Shown one piece after another: positions 19,668-27,514 of a DNA stretch of 64,000 nt. The position numbers and the translations under genes are program-made. The notes under the pieces are model-generated. The model was not told where the DNA came from. It saw only the letters and a program-made list of their open reading frames with translations, and ran no database searches. Numbering within the stretch: position 1 is the stretch's first letter; each line of letters opens with the position of its first letter. The stretch comes from Acidobacteriota bacterium (GTDB lineage Bacteria > Acidobacteriota > Terriglobia > Terriglobales > Acidobacteriaceae). Location: NCBI GenBank assembly GCA_046723715.1, contig JBKOUZ010000042.1, positions 11,656 through 75,655 on the forward strand, read 5' to 3'.

Positions 19668-22600
19668 TCAGAACTGGAATTTCAATGCCAATTGAATGAG
19701 CCGGGGAGGCAGTGCGGCAAGAATCTGGTTGAACGTGGGCGAACTGATATCACTGTCCGGCAAGCGGAAGTTGGTGTGATTCAGGATGTTGAAGAATTCG
19801 GCCCGGAACTGAAACTCCTTTCCCTCGCTCACGGGAATGCTCTTGAACGCGGAGAAATCCCAATTCGCATAGCCTGGTCCTTGAGCGATGTTGCGCCCGG
19901 CACTTCCGAATTGCTGAACAGGAGAATTTGGATCGGCGGTTATCCTTTGAAACGCACCTGCGTTAAGCCATGCCTGGGTCGTCCTCGCACCATCATTGGG
20001 GTTCTGCCCAGCAACTAGATTCGGCCGGTTCGCAGAGAAGCCTGTGATTTCGGGTGCTCCGCCCTGCTGGGAAACGTCATTGGAATCGAAGACCGTGAAT
20101 GGAGTGCCGCTCATTACGGTCGCAATCCCATTCAACTGCCAGGCGCCCAGAATTTGTTGATACCAACCGTGCGGCTGTCTCCACAATGGAAGACTCCACT
20201 GATAGCTGAGCACCAGGCGATGACGGGCATCGAACAACGAGCGCCCACGCTCGGCCCCCAGATTAAACGGATTCTGTGCAAGATCGTTTTCCCCTGCTAC
20301 GGGTTTTGCGGCCGATCCTGTCATGTTAAAAGAGGATGCGTCATCAATGGATTTCGAGAACGTATATGACGCGAGGAACGCCACTCCATGGCTAAAGCGT
20401 TTGCGCAGGCTCGTCTCCAAGGCGTTGTAGGAAGAGTTTGCAATGCCCGCAATCATTCCGGTTGAGGAAAAAACGCAGCTGCTAGGTGGATCATTCAAAG
20501 TGCAGCCCGAATACAGACGTCGCTGATCAGCGGTGCCCGATGTGGAGAGGGGTCGACCGCTGCTATCAAACCCCGGCACGTAAACGGCGGGATTGCCTTC
20601 GATGAAGCGCGGCAGCTTCGTTCCTTTCGTCCCGACATATCCCACTTCAAGCAGGAAATCGTCACCGAAGGAATGCTGAACATTCAGATCCCAATCCTGC
20701 GAATAAGGCAGAGGCAGATTTGGACTGAGAGTCAGATTGGTCAGCGGAGTCGCGAACGTGCCCGGTGCCGGGGGATTGCCGTTAAAGGGATCTGCAAAAT
20801 TGGGGAGACTGATCTGCGCGGTTTGCAGATATGGGGGCGCGCTGATCGGAGACTGCAACGGTCCACCCTGGCCGGTGTAGTAGGGCTCGTAGAAAATGCC
20901 GTAGCTGGAAGTCACCAGCCACTTCGCAGTTCCCATAGGATCCCATGCAAAACCCAACCGTGGCGCAAAACCTTTTTTGAAAGTTGGGATCAAACCTGCG
21001 GGAACTCCGGAATCGCCCGGATAGAGCAATCCAGCGGGAGCGTTGGGCATGACCACGGATTGCCGTCCAGGAATCCACAAACTCTGCCGGTTGTGAATCT
21101 CCGTGTAAGGAAATGGCAGGTCGTAACGCAAGCCGTAATTCAGCGTCAGGCGCGATGTCACCTTGTATGAGTCCTGCGCATAGCCGTTTAGCGCGTTGCC
21201 GCGGATGCCGCGGGAAAAATCGCCTCGGCCTTGAAGAAAGAATACCGGCTGACCGAAAAGGAAAGCCGCGAAGCCGTCTCCCGCAATCGGGAACCCAGGG
21301 TCAAAGACAAAAAAGCCATTGGTGGCGATTCCCTGCAGCGCATTAACATTCAAATGCTGGTACCCGCCTCCAAACTTCAGCTCATGGCGTCCGCGGATCC
21401 AACTCACTGAACCCGAGTAATCATAGGCATTCTCGTAGGTGTTGCGCGGGCCGGTAATCGGATCGCCCACCGTTGTATAACCGTTGACCTGGATGAACGG
21501 AGGGCCCACCGCGGCCTCAAGGCTCGGTGAGTACTGGAAGCCGAAACTGCCAGGAGTCTCATGATTCAGGTGCTGGTCAAAAAGAAACTTGTTGCGCAAA
21601 TACGAGAACCGGGCAACACCGATCACGCTCGGAGAGAAAGTATGCGTCTCCTGCGCTACAAAATTCTGGGCACGATGATCTTCACCCACCGGAAATCCCG
21701 GCACGCTGGCTCCCGATGTTGAAAGCGGATCGAACCTCGTCCCATTGCTGAACATATAGCGAAAGTTGAGAGTATCTCTGGCCGAAAGATAGTGGTCGAC
21801 CCTCAACCCGAATTGGTCCGTGCTGTCGTGCAGCGTCTGGGTCGTAGTGAACACATTGGTGCCACTGTTCGGCTCTGGAAAAAGGCTCAACAGGCTTTGG
21901 GAGAGCGGATTGACAAATGGCAACTGATTGTAAGGAATGGGCGCGTTCGCGAATATGTTGAATAATTGGTGGCCCGGGTTGTTGCACATGCCGTTGCTAT
22001 CGAATCCTTCCGGACACAACTGGCCAAAGTTGCCTTGGCGCTCCGGGAGAGATGGAACCGTGCTTCCCTGCGTTTCTCCCTGCCGGTTGCGGAACCCCTC
22101 GTAATACCCAAAGAAGAATGTTTTCTCCTTGCGAATCGGGCCACCGAAAGTACCGCCGAATTGATTCTGCTTGAGAGGTTCAGTTCTATCCCCAAAGTAA
22201 TTCGTTGCGTCGAACGCATCATTTCGGATGAACTCCCACAGCGAACCGTGAAATCGGTTCGTGCCGGCGCGCGTAATGATGTTGGTAGTCGATCCCAGCG
22301 CGTTTCCGAATTCGGCATTGGCATTGTGCGTCAGAATCTTGAACTCTGTGATGGAATCTATCGGCGGCTTGAGAACGAGGCCTCCGTCCACTCCGTTGAA
22401 GTTATTGGCCCCATCAATCAAAAAGTTGTTGGACTCGGGTCGCTGGCCGTTGACTGCATATGCCTGGCCGTCGCGCAAGGATCCTCCAGCTTCTGCAAGC
22501 CCCGGCGTAACCGGTACGACTCCAGGCTGCAACAGACCCAATTGGGAGAAATTGCGCCCATCGAGAGGAAGATCGAGGATGTCGCGTTCGGTGATCGTCT

Positions 22601-23009
22601 TTCCCAGACTCGTCACCGTGGCTTGAATCAGCTGCGCATCGGCCTGCACTTCGAGTTTTAGGGTCTCCGCCCCAATCACGAGATGGATGGGAATCGTCGC
22701 GGTTTCATTGAGGTCAAGAACAATCCCCTGCTGAACATAAGTCTTGAATCCTTTGGCCTGCGCTTGCAAAGAGTAGTGGCCAACCGGCAATTCCAACAGA
22801 ATGTATTCTCCAGAGCGATTGCTCACCGCGCTACGGCTGAGCCCGGTCTCGCTTTGAATGGCGCTCACAGATACTTGCTGGACGGCAGCGCCTGTCGGAT
22901 CAACAATGGTGCCGCGAATGCTTCCAGTAATTTGCTGAGCAGCAGCGCTGCAGGCAAACGATACCAGCGCGCCACAAACCAGCGTCTTCGAAATAGGTAT
23001 GCGTCCCAC
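19668..23009 (-). CDS. TonB-dependent receptor with N-terminal carboxypeptidase-regulatory-like domain
   Basis: 1113 aa with a signal peptide. A CarboxypepD_reg-like segment (ITGSIRGTIVDPTGAAV...GEYILLELPVGHYSLQAQAKGF), plug and barrel, and a C-terminal ...LALKFQF aromatic terminus. Confidence 0.88.
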   Translation of the reverse strand: MGRIPISKTLVCGALVSFACSAAAQQITGSIRGTIVDPTGAAVQQVSVSAIQSETGLSRSAVSNRSGEYILLELPVGHYSLQAQAKGFKTYVQQGIVLDLNETATIPIHLVIGAETLKLEVQADAQLIQATVTSLGKTITERDILDLPLDGRNFSQLGLLQPGVVPVTPGLAEAGGSLRDGQAYAVNGQRPESNNFLIDGANNFNGVDGGLVLKPPIDSITEFKILTHNANAEFGNALGSTTNIITRAGTNRFHGSLWEFIRNDAFDATNYFGDRTEPLKQNQFGGTFGGPIRKEKTFFFGYYEGFRNRQGETQGSTVPSLPERQGNFGQLCPEGFDSNGMCNNPGHQLFNIFANAPIPYNQLPFVNPLSQSLLSLFPEPNSGTNVFTTTQTLHDSTDQFGLRVDHYLSARDTLNFRYMFSNGTRFDPLSTSGASVPGFPVGEDHRAQNFVAQETHTFSPSVIGVARFSYLRNKFLFDQHLNHETPGSFGFQYSPSLEAAVGPPFIQVNGYTTVGDPITGPRNTYENAYDYSGSVSWIRGRHELKFGGGYQHLNVNALQGIATNGFFVFDPGFPIAGDGFAAFLFGQPVFFLQGRGDFSRGIRGNALNGYAQDSYKVTSRLTLNYGLRYDLPFPYTEIHNRQSLWIPGRQSVVMPNAPAGLLYPGDSGVPAGLIPTFKKGFAPRLGFAWDPMGTAKWLVTSSYGIFYEPYYTGQGGPLQSPISAPPYLQTAQISLPNFADPFNGNPPAPGTFATPLTNLTLSPNLPLPYSQDWDLNVQHSFGDDFLLEVGYVGTKGTKLPRFIEGNPAVYVPGFDSSGRPLSTSGTADQRRLYSGCTLNDPPSSCVFSSTGMIAGIANSSYNALETSLRKRFSHGVAFLASYTFSKSIDDASSFNMTGSAAKPVAGENDLAQNPFNLGAERGRSLFDARHRLVLSYQWSLPLWRQPHGWYQQILGAWQLNGIATVMSGTPFTVFDSNDVSQQGGAPEITGFSANRPNLVAGQNPNDGARTTQAWLNAGAFQRITADPNSPVQQFGSAGRNIAQGPGYANWDFSAFKSIPVSEGKEFQFRAEFFNILNHTNFRLPDSDISSPTFNQILAALPPRLIQLALKFQF

Positions 23010-23205
23010 GATTCCCCCAACTTCCCACGTTGCCTACGTTTGAGACAGGCTTTTCCTCTGGCGTGTAGCGCTATACAACAGGCACACGCCTTGGACTATG
23101 GCCAGATTTTATTGGATCCCAGAACCCCAGAATGAATGAGCAGCGAAACGTTAGCCGAGTACGAATCAGCTCACAATAGCGTAAAAATATTACGATGTGC
23201 GGCGA

Positions 23206-23691
23206 TCACCTGATCTCTAAACGAAGCCGCATCTCCCGCGCCAGATTATCGATGACGCGAATTTTTTCAGCGGCAGGACGTGGAACATCGGGCATTGACA
23301 TCGCCAGCTCACACGAGAGCATCACAGCTGTCAAAGACTCCCTCATTTCGCTGTTCAGTTGCTCCACCACTCTGCGCAGCGCAGCACTTTCTTCCCGTCT
23401 TCGCCGGAGCAGCGCAGATCGCACCTCCCTCACCATGCGATTCATCCCGCTAACCGCGAGGTTGATGTAGACCGGAAAAGCCGTTCCTAAATGCTCGACC
23501 ATCTGGTCGCTTTCCTCGGGTTCGGTTTCGACCAGGAACTGATCGATGACGGCAACAGCATAGGCTTGTTCGCGCAGGTGAGTGACGCCTTCCTGCAAGG
23601 ACTGCGCCCAGTGCGTTTCCTGGCTTGTTTCCGCAAACAAGCATTGCGTGCACTCCGGACCACGGGCTGACGGTGTGATGAGTAGGATCAT
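23206..23691 (-). CDS. Degenerate receiver-like domain fused to an H-box-like helix lacking the phospho-His
   Basis: 161 aa. MILLITPS... / AVAVIDQFL / PVYINLAVSG resemble REC strands. LNSEMRESLTAVMLSCELA aligns with the HisKA H-box but has Ser in place of His. GGGAGGA RBS. See findings. Confidence 0.6.
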   Translation of the reverse strand: MILLITPSARGPECTQCLFAETSQETHWAQSLQEGVTHLREQAYAVAVIDQFLVETEPEESDQMVEHLGTAFPVYINLAVSGMNRMVREVRSALLRRRREESAALRRVVEQLNSEMRESLTAVMLSCELAMSMPDVPRPAAEKIRVIDNLAREMRLRLEIR

Positions 23692-23702
23692 GTCCTCCCT
23701 CT

Positions 23703-23718
23703 TGCAACTACCGCGCCA
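23703..23718 (-). promoter_or_regulatory. Sigma54 -24/-12-like element TGGCGCGGTAGTTGCA
   Basis: On the minus strand it reads TGGCGC-N5-TTGCA with canonical GG-N10-GC spacing. The predicted +1 falls about 1 nt before the ATG of 23206-23691. Confidence 0.4.
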
Positions 23719-23816
23719 TACGCTGCTCCCTTACATACAAGGCATTTACGCCTACTGACCGCGGCGGCGTTCCCACAGCGGAACGCTATTCCCCAAGACG
23801 ATCCAGAATTGGGCCT

Positions 23817-25241
23817 TCACACAACGCAGCCCTCGGCTGCATAGTCCTTGAGCTTTCGATACAGCGTAGTTTTTCCAATGCCCAGCAGCCGGGCAGCCTG
23901 CAGCTTGTCCCCGTGCAACTCCGTGATAGCGTGAAGAATGGTGCGTTTCTCCAATTCGGCAATAGAAACAATTTTCGAGGTCCCATTGCCGTTCGCGTTG
24001 GAAGACTGCGGGACTGGAAGATTCGCAATTTCTCGCGGCAGGTCGGTCGTATGTATCAGCGGGCCACTAGTGAACGCGTACGTGCGCTCAAGGCAATTCT
24101 CCAACTCACGCACATTTCCCGGCCAATCGTAGGCCAACATCGCCTTGAGCGCTCCATCACTGAGCATCTTTTCCTGTCCGGAGGTACGCGCCAGCCGCTC
24201 CAGAAAGTGGCCGATCAGCAGGGGAATGTCCTGCCGTCGCTCGCGCATCGCCGGGATGCGCAAGCTGAGCACGTTGAGGCGGAAATAGAGATCGCGCCGG
24301 AAAATGCCCTGCATCACCGCCTGCTCCAGATCGCGATTCGTGGCCGCAAGAATTCGCACATGGATGGGTATGCGCCGCGTGCTGCCCACTGGCCGAATTT
24401 CTTTCTCCTGGATCGCCCGCAGCATCTTCGCCTGCAGATCGACGGGGAGTTCTCCCACCTCGTCGAGGAAAACCGTCCCTCCCTCCGCCATAGCTAACAA
24501 ACCATCTTTGGACTGGTTTGCGCCCGTGAATGCGCCTTTGACGTACCCGAATAGTTCGCTCTCGATCAACGTCGGGACGAGAGAACCACAGTCGACAGGA
24601 ATGAATGGCTTATCGCGAAAGGGACCGGAATAATGAATAGAGCGCGCGACCATTTCCTTTCCCGTGCCGCTCTCGCCCAGTATCAACACTGGATGCACAC
24701 TGTTGGCCGCTTTGGCGATGATCCGATAAAGCCTTTCCATCTCCGGCGCACGGCCGACGATTCCTCCATACCCTTGCTTCGATTTCACTTTCTCGCGCAA
24801 AATGCGGTTCTCTGATTTCAGTTTTAAGTGGCTGCCTACACGCTCCAGCAACAGCTTGAGTTCATCAACGCTGAAGGGCTTGGTCACATAGTCGTAGGCT
24901 CCGTGCTTCATCGCCTGTACTGCCGACTGCACCGTTCCATAACCGGTGACCACCACGACCACGGCTTCCGGGCGGCGTTCCTTGATTCTTCGGAGAGCAT
25001 CGAGCCCTCCAGCCCCGGGCAGACGCAAGTCAAGCAAGACGGCATCAAAATTTTGGCTTTCCAAAGCTCGCGACGCCTGTTCGGCTGAATCAGCCACATA
25101 TGTTGAAAAGCCTAGCGAGACCGCCACTTCGCGGCACGCTTCACGAATGGCGCGTTCATCATCCACAATCAACAGATTTAGAAAATTCGCGGGTTCCAGT
25201 TGTGGGGCGGCACTAATCGGACTCACTGCTGCTGACGTCAT
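23817..25241 (-). CDS. Sigma54-dependent response regulator (NtrC family: REC-AAA+-Fis HTH)
   Basis: LLIVDDE...AVLLDLRLPG receiver, GESGTGKE Walker A, GAFTGA loop, C-terminal HTH (AARLLGIGKTTLYRKLK). Confidence 0.93.
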   Translation of the reverse strand: MTSAAVSPISAAPQLEPANFLNLLIVDDERAIREACREVAVSLGFSTYVADSAEQASRALESQNFDAVLLDLRLPGAGGLDALRRIKERRPEAVVVVVTGYGTVQSAVQAMKHGAYDYVTKPFSVDELKLLLERVGSHLKLKSENRILREKVKSKQGYGGIVGRAPEMERLYRIIAKAANSVHPVLILGESGTGKEMVARSIHYSGPFRDKPFIPVDCGSLVPTLIESELFGYVKGAFTGANQSKDGLLAMAEGGTVFLDEVGELPVDLQAKMLRAIQEKEIRPVGSTRRIPIHVRILAATNRDLEQAVMQGIFRRDLYFRLNVLSLRIPAMRERRQDIPLLIGHFLERLARTSGQEKMLSDGALKAMLAYDWPGNVRELENCLERTYAFTSGPLIHTTDLPREIANLPVPQSSNANGNGTSKIVSIAELEKRTILHAITELHGDKLQAARLLGIGKTTLYRKLKDYAAEGCVV

Positions 25242-25247
25242 AAAGGA

Positions 25248-26570
25248 TCATTCCTCTTCTTGAGATGAAAGTACGTCCCCATCACTCTGGGGAGAAAAAT
25301 CGTTGCCACTCGCAGGTTGAGGATCAGTCCCAGGTAACAGCGGGAGGAAGACGCTGACTCGCGTACCCTGCCCCGGTTCGCTGCTAACGTGAATGAGTCC
25401 GCCGCTGGAACTCACAATGTCGTGGACGGTTGCCAGACCTAGTCCGGTACCCTTTCCCGCTTTCGTAGTAAAAAACGGCTCAAAAATGTGGGCGCGCGTC
25501 GAGGCGTCCATGCCGCCCCCGTTGTCTTCGATCGCGAACAGCGCACAGGGAAATGAGGTCTGGGTACTCCCGTTCAACCGGGACTCCATGAATGGCTGCA
25601 ATCGGCAGTTGCGGGTTTCGACAACGATCCGGCCACCTTTGGGCATTGCATCGCGAGCATTCAGCACCAGGTTCAGCAGAATTTGCTGAGCTTGCGTGGG
25701 GTCCAACTTCGTCAGACCCAGATTGGGATCAAGGCGAAAGTTCAGCTGAATGTTGTCTCCAACCAGGTGTATCAGAAGGTTCCGCATAGCTCCGGCGATC
25801 TCGTTCAGCGACAGAGGCTGCGGCTGCAAAGTTGAGCGACAGGACATCGCCAGTAACTGCCGCACTAGGCCGCTCGCCTGCATGCCTGCTTCGCGGATTT
25901 CCTCGGCGTATTTCCTCGCCCGGTGTCCTGGATCGAGACTTGCCATTAGAAGGTCGCAGTAAAGCAGGATGCCGGTAAGCATGTTGTTGAAATCGTGCGC
26001 TACGCCGCCTGCGAGCTTGCCCACCGATTCCAACTTCGCAGCTTGCTCGAGCTGGCGACCCAGTGCAGCATCACGGGGAAGTTCTTCCGCCATGGCCAAA
26101 ACGGAACCACCGTCACCGTAATTGCCCGCTACTCTCCATGCTGTCCAGCGGAGGCGGACACGCTCTCGGCTAGCTTGCGAGTCGATTTGCACGCTCTGCC
26201 GCCTTCCCTCAAACAGATCCGTAAGCTGGTGTTCGGCTTCCTCCCTATTCTCAGCGTCAATCAGTCCAGCGAGTGCAACTGGCCGCCTCAAATCAAGCGG
26301 AGCCCCCAGCAATCGAACCAGTGCCGGGTTGAATGATTTGACGGTTCCGGCATACCGGCATTCAGCCAGTCCCACTGGCGCTTGCTCAAAGTATGAACGC
26401 AGAGGCTCTTTCGGAACTTTCCATGACCAGTCGACTTCAGTGAGCGCGCTCATACTGTTACTCTGCTCGGAACCGATTCGGGAAGGAACCTGAAAACTCG
26501 TCTCCTCTGCCCAAGGTTTTCCCAAAATGGGACTGGCGGGCGCTCGCAAGCGTTCCACGATGAATCCCAT
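25248..26570 (-). CDS. Soluble PAS-domain sensor histidine kinase
   Basis: H-box GGVAHDFNNMLTGI, N-box LLNLVLNARDAM, and G-boxes (IEDNGGGMD, GKGTGLGL). No TM segment seen. A 6-nt gap separates it from the downstream regulator. Confidence 0.9.
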   Translation of the reverse strand: MGFIVERLRAPASPILGKPWAEETSFQVPSRIGSEQSNSMSALTEVDWSWKVPKEPLRSYFEQAPVGLAECRYAGTVKSFNPALVRLLGAPLDLRRPVALAGLIDAENREEAEHQLTDLFEGRRQSVQIDSQASRERVRLRWTAWRVAGNYGDGGSVLAMAEELPRDAALGRQLEQAAKLESVGKLAGGVAHDFNNMLTGILLYCDLLMASLDPGHRARKYAEEIREAGMQASGLVRQLLAMSCRSTLQPQPLSLNEIAGAMRNLLIHLVGDNIQLNFRLDPNLGLTKLDPTQAQQILLNLVLNARDAMPKGGRIVVETRNCRLQPFMESRLNGSTQTSFPCALFAIEDNGGGMDASTRAHIFEPFFTTKAGKGTGLGLATVHDIVSSSGGLIHVSSEPGQGTRVSVFLPLLPGTDPQPASGNDFSPQSDGDVLSSQEEE

Positions 26571-26662
26571 TTCGGCTCACTACAGACAGTTGCATCCCTG
26601 TGAGCGAAGGGCAGATGTCATCAAAAAGAGAAAATCTCCTGTGGAAAACTCAGAAAAGTGCC

Positions 26663-27301
26663 TTATTGAGTAACTTCGGAGTGCTGGTTGGCTTTGTTAT
26701 CGATCGTGCTCAGCCGAAAAGTGAGACGACGACCACTTTCGAGGTGAATGACAGAGATAGGATCGTCGCCCAAGGGTGCTTCACGCGCGAAGAGGCTCGC
26801 CGTTTCGAGAGGCATCCGCACATTTCCGACCTGCACTGACTGGAGTGCCAGGCGAACATACCCTCGATTTGGCTTCACTGTTGAGGTGCGTGCCGACTCC
26901 ACTCGTCCTGAAACGCTGGCTCCAGGTGGAATGAGGGTATTTCCCCGAATCACAACCGGCTCCACCACCAAAGCTTCAAAAGATGACTCGGAACTCAAAC
27001 TGCTGGCGTACAAGGGCTTTCTTAGCCTGACGGTGACCAGGGTGCCAGGGGGAAGGTTCTGAAGCCCCTGCAAAGGAGCGTCGCTCTGAGGCAATGTGGA
27101 TGCATACTTCGCTGACTTGAGCTGTGTGCTCGCTGCAGTGGCGACCGTGCCCTGAGTAGCTTGGTCTTGAAACGGCGCCTCACGCGTTTGGGTCTGGGAG
27201 ATTCTGTCCTCGCCTGGGATCAGTTCAGGACGAGAGCAGCCAGCGAGGACCAGCGGTACCGTCACAGTCAGATAAAGGGCTAGTCCTCGGAATCGAATCA
27301 T
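26663..27301 (-). CDS. Lipoprotein of unknown function
   Basis: ATG at 27299-27301 gives MIRFRGLALYLTVTVPLVLAGCS (lipobox LAGC). The C-terminal half has an F-x-A-x-V-x-x-PV...IPPGASVSGRV pattern. Confidence 0.7.
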   Translation of the reverse strand: MIRFRGLALYLTVTVPLVLAGCSRPELIPGEDRISQTQTREAPFQDQATQGTVATAASTQLKSAKYASTLPQSDAPLQGLQNLPPGTLVTVRLRKPLYASSLSSESSFEALVVEPVVIRGNTLIPPGASVSGRVESARTSTVKPNRGYVRLALQSVQVGNVRMPLETASLFAREAPLGDDPISVIHLESGRRLTFRLSTIDNKANQHSEVTQ

Positions 27302-27344
27302 CGATGTGCCCCTATTCCTCGCACTTTCTCTCTTCAATGACTGT

Positions 27345-27360
27345 GGCAAACCGAATACCA
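27345..27360 (-). promoter_or_regulatory. Sigma54 -24/-12-like element TGGTATTCGGTTTGCC
   Basis: On the minus strand it reads cTGGTAT-N5-TTGC with GG-N10-GC spacing. It lies about 45 nt upstream of the lipoprotein ATG and downstream of the OmpA terminator. Confidence 0.45.
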
Positions 27361-27450
27361 GTCACGATCTCACTGATTCAATCACTTGGCGATAGCATCT
27401 CTAGATGCTCCATGTAGATTTTTCCTGCCACTGCGCTCTTCTTCTTGCGC

Positions 27451-27482
27451 AAAAAAAAAGCGGAGGACCTCTTGCCCTCCGC
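27451..27482 (-). terminator. Intrinsic terminator after the OmpA-family gene
   Basis: On the minus strand: GCGGAGG-gcaagaggt-CCTCCGC followed by T9. Confidence 0.8.
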
Positions 27483-27514
27483 CTTAGGTTAAACCGCTGA
27501 GAGTTCTGCGTGTT

